From contig NC_134025.1 of NCBI RefSeq assembly GCF_964204645.1, positions 1,116,001-1,180,000 on the forward strand: a stretch of 64,000 bases of DNA. Reading direction: 5' to 3'. The stretch comes from Tubulanus polymorphus. Taxonomy: Eukaryota > Animalia > Nemertea. The translations under genes were made by a program, and so were the position numbers. Shown here in pieces: positions 1 through 31,122 of this stretch. The first letter of the stretch is position 1. Each line of letters starts with the position of its first letter. Below the pieces are notes generated by a model, which was not told where the DNA came from, made no database searches, and saw only the letters and a list, made by a program, of their open reading frames with translations.

Positions 1-300
1 TAGTTTAAATAATAATTGTTTATTTATAAAGATATTTATGAACAGGAGCTGGAAAAATGAGATATTTTTGTTAGAAGTCTTCCGTGGTTATAATCATTAA
101 TGGATGCCTCTCATGCCAATCTGCACCGTGTAGAGAAACCTAGTCGTATCGATGCATTGCACCCCATCATCATTTAGATTTGTTTATAAACAACAGTCGT
201 GTATGAATGAAACTCAGAAAGTATCAAATACATGTTTTAACAACAGAATTGAATTGAATAATGTGTAACTGTGTTTAATATCATCGGTGTGTATCATATA

Positions 301-515
301 ACTGTGAGCTATCTTTATCACGTCCTCAAACTCCTCGTACTGTAGTCTCCCTACCATACCCTTCCTACAGTCAGTCCATTCCTCTCTGATTCGAACCTGT
401 AATCGATGGTAATCATCGCGTCGATGTTTTCAGATGGAATCGTCGTTTAATATTCAGTTCGTATTCATAACAGTTTCCGCGTTGAATCGGAGTCGGTGTA
501 AAGATAGCTCACGGT
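301..515. mobile_element. small MITE-like element
   Basis: 17-bp inverted ends actgtgagctatcttta (301-317) / taaagatagctcacggt (499-515), 1 mismatch; no coding capacity. Confidence 0.5.
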
Positions 516-1117
516 AGTAACTGTATTAAACCAATATCCTCATGCAGCCCCTCGCGAGTGAGGACTGCTGGAATGCTTGCTTTACGAAACCAAGAGCGAA
601 ATAAAAAACAGAAAATCATAATGATAATAATAATAATAATAATAATAATGATGATGATAATTCTATGATATATGACTGGCTAACTGTCTCAGTCCCGATG
701 TAAGTTCTATTGATGGTAGTGTGATAATGTGTATTAAACCCATGGCTTTGCTTTGCAGTCTGCAAAAAATACTGATTTTAAACAAAGAATAGAATAATGA
801 AGATTATTGTGTAATAAAGATTTTGAAGCTCCTATAAAAATGCCACGTTGAAATAGTTACGTTGTACATATAAACAAACAGTGATCACTATTCTGGAATT
901 TTCTAAAGTTAATGTTAAAGAACACGGCATGTAAGATTTAAATCAACCGCATTTTGTGTTTTGTGAATGAAGGTTCTTCTGTGTTCTTATGCTTGTATTG
1001 AATCACTGAATAGATCAAGGGTTCAGAAGGTCACGCAGAATCGACGCAGCAGATACTAGGGGACAGGATCCAGGCTTAGGGGATGAAGGGTCCAAAGAAA
1101 ATGAGAATTTCTTTTTT

Positions 1118-1404
1118 GAATGAATGAATGTTCATATTTGTATAGCGCCGATTTCACTGTAATCAGTGTTCAAAGGCGCTCCCCAGCGGTACAGAAGCGA
1201 CTGGTGAAAAGAAATGTGTTAAGTCCAGTTATAAATGCTGCGAAGCTGTCTAGAGATCGAAGATGAGATGGGAGCGAGTTCCAAATAATGGGAGCATGCA
1301 CGTAGAAAGATCTTCCACCAAATGATTCTCGTCTGTATTTTCTAAAGGTGAGCAGATTCTGCGAGTCGGAGCGTAGAGAACGGGCGGGTGAATACGCCAC
1401 CTGA
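1118..1404 (-). mobile_element. 5'-truncated L2/CR1-group LINE 3' end
   Basis: Peptide FGGRSFYVHAPIIWNSLPSHLRSLDSFAAFITGLNTFLF resembles the L2 ORF2 C-terminus; followed by gagcgcctttga...ggcgctatacaaat stem-loop and (ATTC)n tail. Confidence 0.8.
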
Positions 1405-1719
1405 CAATAACACCGACTAAAAACTTAAAATAGAAAACATTTTATCATTCAATAAACAAATGACATATTTATTCCTCTAATTATAAATACAACTATTTTG
1501 GATGATCACAAATGAATGTATGTTTTTCAAGCAATCACAGACGACGACATTTTTTCACAACAACAAAATATTTAAATCTTCTTAATCTCAAATATCGAAG
1601 CAAATGATTTGAAATTGTCTCTAAGATATCGGGAAGTATGAGAATTCTTAACACAACAGCGACTAGAACACATGACTAGAGACTAGATATTGACTATTCA
1701 CTAGATTCATCTAGATTAT

Positions 1720-3613
1720 TTACGACAACTCAACCGCAGCATCCATGCTGAGAGGAGCGTATTTAACGTATCGTTTCTCCGGACTGTGACCCGGACTCGG
1801 AAGATCGAGGCATTTCTTAACGAACACAGCCAGACACAACAATAAAGAAACGCAAGCAACTCCCGAGAAACAAATAACAAATAGAATACCGGGTGAAAAT
1901 GGCAGAACGAACGCGATATCGGTGATAGCTTCAAAATCCTGCATTAAACAATTAAAAACCCAAACATCGTTTAACTGACCTTCTTCACCGGTCGCGTCGT
2001 GACCGTCACCTCCGAATAAATAAAACGTATCATTACGAACCCAAGTTGCTGCGTTTAACCGAGGACCGGGAAGATTATCTAAACTCGGGGTGTGTATGTT
2101 ACCGTACGTAGCGCGACCTTCACCTTTAGTTAAACCGCCCATCCAAACCCAAACCTCTCGATTCACGTCGTATTTCCACAAATCAGACAATTCTTTATCA
2201 CCGCGATAGAAATTCGGCATCAAATAATCGATTCCTTCTCCGCCGAACAGCCATAGATCACCGTTTAGATCGACCCAGGATAAACTGAGTTTACGACACC
2301 CGGGGATCGTATCGGAATCTCCGTGACCTAAAACCCCGTAAATAGCGACGTGCCCCGGGCGCGTAAAACCGTTTAAATACCGCCAGCTTCTCCGTGTTAA
2401 ACTGAACGACCACAGATCTGAAGTGAAACCTACACTCGAATGTTGATTTCGCAAATTCTTTTCGATGTTCCCTCCGAACATGAACATCGTACGATTGTTA
2501 GTAACCCAGGTAACGGCTCCGTTACGAGGCAACGGATTCCGGTGATTCCTCGAATCGTCGTCCGTTCCGCGATCGACTTCAATTTCACGCCAGAATAATT
2601 TCGAGAAATCGAACACCCAGACGTCGTTAAGAAACGCGAAATGTTCGTCGACTCCGCTAAATATAACCATCTGATCGTCGAGACACCAGAGCGCCATCTC
2701 TGAACGAGCAGCAGGAGCGAACTGAATATCCAGCAAATTAATCCACGATGAATTCGAGAAAAAATACAACCACGTGTCACCTAAAACGTGATCGCCAATA
2801 GTACGACCGCCGTATAATACTAGAAAGTCTCCTCGCTTGCCGCAGGCGGCTGAGTTATACCGCGAGGCTGGTAAATCCCTCAGATTCCTGTCGATTCCTT
2901 CATGATTCCAGCCTCGTCGTTCCTCCAGTAACAAATCCCACCGATTCGTCGACATATCGTAGCGCCACAGATCGTTTAAAACTTTCGGAATCTTCGCGTC
3001 GATCGAATCATCGAATCCGAGTCCTCCGAAGATCCACGCGTGACGTACTCCATCGCTCCAGTACGCGTTACCCGATCGTGAACCCGGGTAATTATCACTT
3101 CCTAAGTAACTGATGTTGGATTGTTGATTTCGTAAGTTGTTGCCAGCAATCCACGTCCATTCTGAAAATATACAACATTATTTACGAAAAATGATTAAAA
3201 CCACATATATTAATTAAAAAATTGAAAATGAAATTTATTTATTTAAAATTAGAAGACAAATGTTCTAGACCAGGGGCCAGTTTCAAAAAGCATAATTAAC
3301 TTTAATTATAATTAGGATCTAAATCATGATTAAATTTCTTTAATCATGATTAGTAGTTTAATCATAATTAAGAGTTAATTACGCTTTGTGAAACCAGCCC
3401 CAGTTTTTTAAAATAGTTAGGTTTGAATTATTGTATCTATTCTCCCAGTGTACAGGATATCATACCGTGTAGTTAGAAATACACACCTGTAAACACAACT
3501 GTTGCCGATCTGTTTGATTTATGTTTAATAGGAAGAGATTCTGATAATGAAGTTGATTCAGTTAATGTTAAACAGTAAAAACTGATTAATAACAAAATGA
3601 ACATTCTTTTCAT
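1720..3613 (-). CDS. type-I transmembrane kelch-repeat (beta-propeller) protein, ~522 aa; coding exons 3613-3487 and 3161-1720
   Basis: Signal peptide MKRMFILLLISFYCLTLT; phase-1 GT-AG join gives ..VFTEWTWIAG..; repeated PxxR...W...FGG...xDLW units; C-terminal hydrophobic helix ILFVICFSGVACVSLLLCLAVFV; tail with YAPL. Confidence 0.85.
3274..3400. mobile_element. PIF/Harbinger-type MITE
   Basis: TIR gggccagtttcaaaaagcataattaact / agttaattacgctttgtgaaaccagccc; CAG on both flanks. Confidence 0.8.
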
Positions 3614-3967
3614 CTTTAATTCCACAGTTGTTGCTACTGCTGCATCTGCTGCTGCTTCTGATGACGATTATTTGTTGCTGTACATTTCATCAAATTCAAC
3701 TGAAACAAGATAAATAAATAAACAGATTAACAATAAAATCTAACAAAATAGATACACTTCCGGGTTTCTGTCAAATCGATCGATGATCAGATTATGATAC
3801 TGCTCCAGCGAGGGCAGTCGTAAATCTGGTCTTAAACTCCAACAGATCAAACAGCATCTTAAATAACAATTATCCATTCATTCAATGTGATACTTACACC
3901 ATACTAAACGCTAGAATCAGTCGAAGAAGTTTTGAAAAAATCGATAACATTTTTATTTTTCACGGGC

Positions 3968-3978
3968 GCCGCCATCTT
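3968..3978 (-). promoter_or_regulatory. YY1 motif near the likely start of the kelch gene's non-coding exon 1
   Basis: AAGATGGCGGC on the minus strand; gtaagt donor at 3897. Confidence 0.55.
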
Positions 3979-4687
3979 GTTAGAGAGCTTGGTGGCAGCA
4001 CCATACAGTCACCTAACGGAATTTCTGAGAACTGAGAAAAATTTTCCACAGTCACGATTGAATCTTTTTGGAAATTGAATGAAGATATTTTCAATAAACA
4101 ATTATAGACCACAGTATCGTGAGTAGTTGATTATTGAAACTAAACAAGTTGCTTGTCCAAGTCTGGCAACCAGTCTAGTGCAGTATTGAACGGCAACCAG
4201 TCTATAATCATCCCACAACCTTTCCTTGCTTGCCAGAGTTAACTCACGTTAGTGTATAAAATTTCCGTTAACGTTGAGCATAGCGACAGCACCTTACAGT
4301 ACGTAAAACAATTTCAAATTTTAGTGGCATTTTTGTCTGAGGTGCTCGACGTTTTGTCATGAAATACACAATAACACGGTTAAAATACCATGGCCATGTT
4401 TTATTGATGAGCACCCTGCTTTGAAATTATGTCCTATAAGTCGTTTATTAAGATGACACCGCCCCGGTCCCGGCGTCGGTGGCTCACCACCCGCCGGGCC
4501 GTTGCGGGGCTGACCCGAACCGAGATTCAACACTATAGCGGATGATGATGTTTCGGGTTCCACACACAATACCGTCTGATCCCCCCCCCCAATTAGGTCC
4601 GGGAGGATTTAGTGTATTTTACTGGCAAAAAATCAAAACAAGAAAAACGTTCAGTGTTGTGATGCACATCTTGTGATTTTAATGCCA

Positions 4688-6393
4688 TCAAGAAAGCAAG
4701 TCTAAATCTTTCAAAATTTTCAAGCTTTCCGTCAACTCGTCGTCTACAACTGTTTCCGTATCTGAAAAAAATAAGATGAAGCCTGTTGATAACTTTGAAC
4801 ACAAATAGACGAAGAAACAACCAGGGCCGTTGTTTACTGAAAGAGCGTCAGGTGTGCGGATCGAGAATGGGTGATCGAACAAGTGCCCGTTTCATCTGAA
4901 GTTCCCTCTTGAATAATTACTGTCGTTTTCCGGGGAAACAATTCCACAAAAAAAGATGTCTACCAGTAGCACGGCTTGAACAACAGTCTCTACATTCACC
5001 ATGGACGTATAAACTAGATTCACTACATGAAGTGTATACTGGATCTTCTGGCATATACAGAATTAAAACTATCCCGAATACATAAGAAAATGATGAATCC
5101 TGGATCATCTGCCCCTGAGCGCCCAAAAGAACTGTAGGAACGCGGCCCTGGTTCCGCAGATCGTGATTCAGTTTGGGACTGAATTATGATCGGTCTATAT
5201 TTTTACCTAGACAATTCCCAGCTACATGAATGAATCCATCGCAACAGACGAGATTTTCATCTTTACACGCTTTTTTATCCGGTACGAGGAAATTCTCGGT
5301 GATTTCTTGCATCTCTATTCTATAAAGGTATTGCAACAAATCAATGTGGAATCAAAATGTTAAACTTAGATAAATGGCTAAACTCCACAAAAATTCTGAT
5401 TTATGGAATTTTTGTGGAGTTTATAGCCGTCAGTGCATTTTTTGTAAAAGGCACATCACCAGGGACTTTTTAATTAGAATGAACATCTGACTGTCATGAT
5501 TCGCTTGTACCCAATTGGACGTTTGATAAATATTTCTGAATTATTGATATATACCTACACATTTGAACTCGTTGTTTTTGCTGAGAAATGAACTTACAAA
5601 TATGCGACATCATAGATAGAACAACGTTTATTCCCGATATCTCCACATGTTCGGTATCCGACTCGCAGCTGTACGGTTTTATTGACTGGAACCTGAACGA
5701 GTCGATACATCTCGATCATTTTAACTTTTTCTTTATTCTTACAGCACCAATTACTGGAGAAAATATAGACTCTTCTATAAAATCGATTACGATGCGAATC
5801 TGATATTTTTTAACGATTTCTTTGGGCGGCGAAATTTTTCGGGAAATCTTGTAAATGTAACACAATCAAATTGATAAACATGGTCTAAAAATCATTTCGC
5901 CAAATTGTCTACTTGTTATTTCTAAAGCGCTGGGTCCGGTTGCAGGTGTTGAGAAATATGTCCAAAAGTGGTCTCGTGTCTTGAGACTGGCTATAGAACC
6001 AAAATCAGCTAAGACTGCATGGATTTGTCGTTAGATTGGTTATAGAACCAAAATCAGCTTAGACTGGGCTTACGTTAGCCTAGGCCATGACTACAAATGG
6101 GTCCTTCTTTGTACGTACGACTGTGCAACTTGGCCCAATCACAATTACGTACACTAGGATTGAGCTGACTTTGTGACTCTTGATACTTACTTATCGTTTC
6201 CTGATCTGCGATGGCGATCCACTAATTTTCTGAGAGCAGTCGGAAGTTCACTGACAGACATTCGTGCTAAACGTTTTAATTCGCTTTCCGTGAATCTATT
6301 CTTCTTTAGATTTTTGTGATCCTCGATAACTGCTGCCTCGGAGAAATAGAGGATACAAGCGAAAACTACCAAGATATGATATAAGTTGTTCAT
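4688..6393 (-). CDS. secreted Cys-rich EMI-like precursor, 181 aa; exons 6393-6191, 5753-5598, 5319-5207, 4761-4688
   Basis: All three introns are GT-AG with matching phases (2,2,1); signal peptide MNNLYHILVVFACILYFSEA; RHRR furin-type site; NWCC...RTC...KRCSIY...ACK...VCCDGF...NCL; ends DLDLLS-stop. Confidence 0.8.
5933..6136. mobile_element. Harbinger-type MITE of the 'ttaagacc/ttagattggctatagaact' family
   Basis: Ends ggtccggttgca / tgcaacttggccc; internal sequence shared with copies at 11301, 14024 and 25900. Confidence 0.7.
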
Positions 6394-7448
6394 GTTGTTG
6401 GTCGATTTGTGAATGTTTGCTGGCACCGACAAAATCTAATTCCCCAAACTCGACAACTATCAAAAATCTATTTGTTTTACAGTTATTTGTATCCTATCGT
6501 TGATAAATCTGATAACAGGGTGTTACACTTCACTTTTTCACTTTTTGTGTATAAATGTAAACTGATTATCAGAGGAATGATTTATAACCATTTTTCAGGT
6601 ATGATTTGTGATAACGACAGAGACTTCCGATATTGTCAATATCTATTGAATTATGCTTCCGGGCTTGTATCATCACGTGATTTGATAAGTGTGATGAATT
6701 AGACTTCCAGGAAATGGAAACATTCCAAACAAGTTTTTTTTCTTTTCAAACACTGTTTCGGCAAAACGAAAAAGAAGGCGGCCCGGAGGTTGGGCAGCGG
6801 TGTAGAGGCAGGCAAGTGGAACCTGGATTAATTGATTTGTCCAGGAGCGGGCTGGGGGTTCGGACACCTGTGTACTGATTCTGATGTTTAAGTTTCTAAA
6901 ATACACGATTTGCTGGTTCATAATCATTTCAAAAACTGCAAATGCGTACTACTCGCTTGCCACAGTAGAGAAACCAAGCTGTGTAGAATTATAACCGTAA
7001 AGTGCTGCCCCTAGAGATTACGTTGACGGGGAATCTTTGAACTAGCTTCCTACCCGCATGCCACAGTAAGAAAACTGTTCTGGCATGTTAGTTCACATAT
7101 TAACCGCTATTGTTATATATAGAGGCAGCATCGGACAGTAAGGATCGGGTTTGACTACAGTGAAGTCTACCCTATAAATCACAAATTAAAGAATTCAATA
7201 TTCTATTTTGAATTAAGAGTGTATTATCTGACTCGTTACAGGCGCACTGTCCGGCTTCTGGTTGGGTAGCGATACATCGTCGCCTCTTTCAACGTTTCGT
7301 GTTCACGATTTGTGTATTGCGACAACTCATTCGGTAACTGTAAACATTATTATAGCGCGATTCATAACTAAAGTGGAGCCAATAATACCAAAAGTTTTTG
7401 CCAAATTTTTGTCTTTTTCTGGGTTTTAAAACTATTTCTGGAATAGAA

Positions 7449-9558
7449 ATGAGTGAAACGGCGAGTTGTTCTAGTTCTGGTGGAAGTGTAGCGACTGGTG
7501 ACAGTAAAACAGATCGATTAAAACGATTACGAGATTTACAAATGAGGAGGGTAAGTTTCAAGAAGACGTCACTTTTTTCTGCGTTTCATTCTTCTGCACT
7601 CACTCACTGCGCTGTGTAATTCGTCATCAATAATTGATCATGTGATTGTTTTCAGAATGAAGCGAGGAAATTGAATCATAAGGAAGTAGTTGAAGAAGAC
7701 AGACGTAAAAAACTGCCGGCGAATTTTGAGTCGAAAAGGAAACGTTTAGAATGGGAAGAGCAGGAAGAGAAGAAGAGAAAGGTAGAAAATGTTTATATCA
7801 GTTCTATTGAATATATTCTATAGATATATATAATTCAAACAGATTTATGATATATTATATCACTCTGCTCGGATCAGCATTCGGGGATAGTCAGAGCGAC
7901 GTCGAGTAGTCTTATCACTGAAATGAATTTTGGTGGGAAAATCTTAAACATTTTGTGGGTCATCCTTCAAATAGGACACGCGATATTCAACAACAATCTG
8001 CTCTGTGGCACGGGGAGTCATACAGGCACACATAATAATCCGAGCATCTATCTGTCCATGTAGTCTATTCTATGTTTTAGGAATGTTTAGTTTGATAGTG
8101 AATGTCGAATCTTTTATGAATGTTTAGTTTGATAGTGAATGTCGAATGTTTTAGGAATGTTTAGTTTGATAGTGAATGTCGAATGTTTTATGAATGTTTA
8201 GTTTGATAGAGAATGTCGAATGTTTTAGGAATGTTCAGTTTCATAGTTAATGTCGAATGTTTTAGGAATGTTTATTTTGATAGTGAATGTTGAATGTTTT
8301 AGGAATGTTAATTTTGATAGGGAATGTTGAATGTTTTAGGAATGTCAAGCCGGTGGTGATGATTATGAACGAGTGAAACTGTTAGAAATTGGAGCCGATG
8401 AAGCAGAAAAATGGGAGAGAAAAAAGAAGAAAAAAGATTCTGATAAAGGTTTTTCAGGTTCGTTAAATGCTAAATTCATTTTACTTTCAAACCCGCATAT
8501 ATTTGTAATATAAAGCATTATGTACATTCTAACTTTAAAACTACAGGGCCCCAAAATACAACCCTACGACTCCTTGATTCCTTAAAAACTACTAAATGGA
8601 AAATACATTTTGATCTGTAGGGACCGTGGAATAGCTGTTACTCTGATATTGACGATAATGTTCTCTGTTTTGTTGTATGCGTAGATTTTGAACAAGCGAC
8701 AGCTCGAAAATATCAGACTTTAACCAAACAGATGAAACCAAACTTCGATGAATATTCACGTGAAAAAAACAAAATGTAAGTTTTATATCAATTGATTCGT
8801 AATCAAAATTTAAAAAAAAAACATTGAAATGAGAAGCTGGGCTAGTTATTCCCACCAGGTGGCGTGCCCTGCACTAGGATATTCCCACTAGGTGGCCTGG
8901 TGGAATCCTCACTTGCCACATCAGTTGATGATAATGATTGTTATTGTATTTAGGGGTGAGGAAGCGTTTTATCCAACTAAAGACACGCTCGGAGTCATGC
9001 ATCATAAAGATTCTACTGATAATATCGATCGAATGGTTACAGATCTAGAAAAACAGTAAGTAGAAACATATTTATAAATCCTGGGTTCAGTTGTACATTC
9101 AAGGGCTTACAGTAGATAGTCTAATACCATCTTAGTTCTGCAGCCAATCTAACAGCTTATCACCAACCAGTCCTAGGATTTAAAGGGTTCATGAAGAGGT
9201 TTTTGAAATAAGGGTAAAAGTAATTTTTATCTGAAGACCACTTGTGATGACTTTACAACTGGGTCCAGACCCAGTTGTTAAGTCGGTTACACGTAGTATC
9301 CACGGTCCACTTGTATAGGAAATTAAATATTCAAAATTAGAACTCCCCCTGGTGCGGATTGATAGAACTAATTTTGTGCTGGTTTATTTCAGGATCAGTA
9401 AAAGAGAGAAATACAGCAGGAGACGAGCGTTCGATGATGAAGCTGATATCGATTATATCAATGAAAGAAACCAAAGATTTAATCAGAAACTCGAACGATT
9501 TTATGGCAAATATACAACAGAAATTAAACAGAATCTTGAGAGGGGTACAGCAGTTTAG
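7449..9558 (+). CDS. SYF2: pre-mRNA splicing factor SYF2; exons 7449-7550, 7656-7781, 8340-8457, 8685-8775, 8954-9055, 9393-9558
   Basis: [15 protein letters not shown] and [48 protein letters not shown] are diagnostic; all joins are in frame. Confidence 0.97.
8072..8346 (+). repeat. 37-bp minisatellite (~7 copies) overlapping the SYF2 exon-3 acceptor
   Basis: Unit gaatgtttagtttgatagtgaatgtcgaatgttttag. Confidence 0.9.
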
Positions 9559-9755
9559 AGAGAGGGGTACAGCAGTTTAGAGAGAGGGGTACAGCTGTGT
9601 AGAGAAAGGGGTACAGCTGTGTAGAGAGAGGAGGCAGCTGTGTAGAGAAAGGGGTACAGCAGTTTAGAGAGAGGGGTACAGCTGTGTAGAGAAAGGGGTA
9701 CAGCTGTGTAGAGAGAGGAGGCAGCTGTGTAGAGAAAGGGGCCAGCTGTATAGAG
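9538..9755 (+). repeat. 21-22-bp minisatellite (~10 copies) starting in the last SYF2 codons
   Basis: Unit gagaggggtacagcagtttaga and variants. Confidence 0.9.
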
Positions 9756-9988
9756 TGGAGAAAGCGGACAGGATTATATCTGTTTAGGGAAGGATCCGAT
9801 CTCTTCGATGAGATTTGACTAATGAATCTGAAGAGTCAAATAACTGAATGCAGCTGTATAATGTACTGTATCAGCGTTACGATACATTAGTATCAGATAA
9901 TCCTCTCGAAAATGACAATAATTATTGTTCTTAAAATAGACAACGTATGATAAAGTGTTGAGTGTATGTAATGTATCTCCTATTGAAG

Positions 9989-17250
<7,262 letters not shown>

Positions 17251-18291
17251 TCTCAGGTCTTCAGACAATGTGTTGATTTTGACAACTCGTAAGCACATGG
17301 CAATGTTTACTTATTTAAATGAGCTAACTATAACGTAGAAACTATTGCCTGAAACGTTGTAATTTACATAATTTCCTAATGCCACACTAAGCGCTAGCTT
17401 GATAATTAAGTTTATTCCAGTTAATCAGTTATAATAGTTTCTTTGATTACAATACCATAAAATGTGTAATAATATACGTACAAAGGATATATACGGCGTC
17501 ACTGCAATTCAGCTGAACGTTTAAGTTTTATGTTGTTATGGAGACTATAAACAATATGGCGAATGAAGTGCCCGTGAGGTGACCCTAATTAGAATTTAAG
17601 GGTTGAGTAGAGAACGCTGCGGGGATATATCATAACCCATATATTTCGAGGTAAGTTCAATTTAGGCATCATATATGTTTGGTATTTAGTTTTGTTGACT
17701 TAAATAAGCAAATAAGTGGACTCGTGGCTCTTATCGTAGTACATAATTGTAACCGGTGCGTGGTAGATAGCATTTTTGTTTCCGAGTTCTCTTTGTCTCA
17801 TTACGGCACCGATAATGGAGATTTTCGCCAGTTCCTGAAAACGCTTTCGGCAGAGTCAGATCATTGGATGTTTGGGTTTGTTATTATATTCATATCTGAT
17901 GTAGTATTAAACTGGTCTTCTGAAAATTTTCACCTCAAATTGAAATTATTTATCTATTTCCATTCGATGAAATACTAAAGTAGGCTAGAAATAACTCGTG
18001 TTTTATCACATATTATATCTGGAATCATGTAATTGATGATATTGACGCTAGTAATTAATGATCTGCTGTATCACCTATAATGATTTTTATAATGTGTACC
18101 TTTAGATTCTTATAGATGGCGCATGTGTGCCTTCTTATAACAATCGATTTATTGATTGGTAAATTTGCTAAATAATCATTCTTACATATATATCATAGAT
18201 ACTGATCTAGCGCGCTAAAGTTTGCTGTTAAGACAGTAATAGTGTTAATCATTGTCGATATTTTCAGATGTATTGAGAGAAAGGAGACAAT

Positions 18292-29563
<11,272 letters not shown>

Positions 29564-31122
29564 GGCTCCTCTTCTTTGAAAAAAACTTCAACTGTTCAGA
29601 GATCCGACTGGGACTAGCTCAGGCGCGGCGTCTACTGTAGCTCATTCTCAGTTGACATATCCTCAATGGAATTGGCTTCGTAATAATGTCCTAAGATCAG
29701 TGGGTATTACATAAATTAAAACAGGGTCTCATCAGCTTTCTGTTATAGTATATATTATTGATCTATCTATGAGAGGAGTATCAGGTGTGGCTGATCTTCA
29801 AAATCTAGTCTTGTTTTATAAAGTTAAGATCTCTCAATCTCTGCTGATTGTTTGACAATCATGTAAATATTATATATATGACTAACAGCCTGCTTCGCTA
29901 AGTGTTACTGGTCCACTTCAAATCACTAAATTTATATTTTTCCAATACTCTGTATCAAAAATATAATAAAGATGTATTTAGTTTTTTTATGTACAGGTAT
30001 AATGTACGTAACATACAGGATAAAATATATAAATCAAAATGAATAATTTCAATCTTTTGTTTTCATTTCTTTGGCTTCCAGGCCAGGTTTTTAATTAGGA
30101 GTGTCAAGAAAGCAACTGTCAATGGCACAAAGCTTGAATGGGGGAAGTCCTGGTCTGATAACATCACTCTTCATTTACCTCTTGTTGGTCCTACTCATCC
30201 TCTGAAACCAGTCTGCTCAGAAAACTCATCCTAAGATACTCGAGTTAACTCAATCAATCCTCAAAAATAAAAACAAAAGATGTAGAATTTCTGATATTTT
30301 AAAAATATGTGTATTTTTTTCAATGAATCTTCATTCATACATTTACAAGTTTATATTTATATATATAACTATATATTATTATGGCTTCTATAAAATGGAA
30401 TAAATTACAGCAACGATTTTTAAAAGTTGTTTCCTGTCAAACGAAGGCAATGGTTTTAAGTATTTAAAATGATGTGTGTTTTGTGTTTGAAGCGCATAAG
30501 TGTGCGGTGTTGTCCGAGAACGAGGAGGAGGGAGGAGAGGGAGAAACAACCGAGACGTCAGACAGCACCCATTATCCACCAGTAGAATTGCCACATGATT
30601 GTTGTTTATTTTGATACTGAAAATAAAAACATGAACTCATTATTAAAACAGTTTTAACTAATTTAACAATGAATATGAAACACTTTCAATCCGTATTAAG
30701 CTTGTTTTACTGTTAGGTTAAATGTCAAAACATGTATGTCACTTGTTACGTGAGAATATTAGAAATGATACATGACCGAATGTGGCGGCTAAATATATTT
30801 GCATTAAAATGAAAATACAGTTAGCAGTATCTAAAAGCTATATGGATACTGCTGACTGTATTTGATCTATTCTATTTACAAGGCACAACACCAATTCATA
30901 TCCTTAATACAGCGTTTAATAAAGCAGTATCTACAGCTATATAGATACTGTGAGGGGGATATCCATTGAGAGTATGAACACATGTTTAAATCAATATCAT
31001 TATTTATAGCTCTTTAGATATACAGAGGAGAGGGGGTTGGGAGGGAGGGGATCACTCATTGCTCAAAAACCAGCTGCAATGGAATCTCTTTATTAATGTT
31101 TAATCACGTGTAATACAGAATG

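Noticed and set aside
3898-3950. MLSIFSKLLRLILAFSMV as the kelch signal peptide
   Set aside because: After splicing it stops within exon 2; the ATG at 3613 gives the in-frame signal peptide
4593-5126. L1/Tx1 zinc-knuckle relic (CRDC...HLFLWNC in ORF 4917-5126)
   Set aside because: No RT context; 4761-4688 is better explained as the last exon of the EMI-like gene and the rest as its intron
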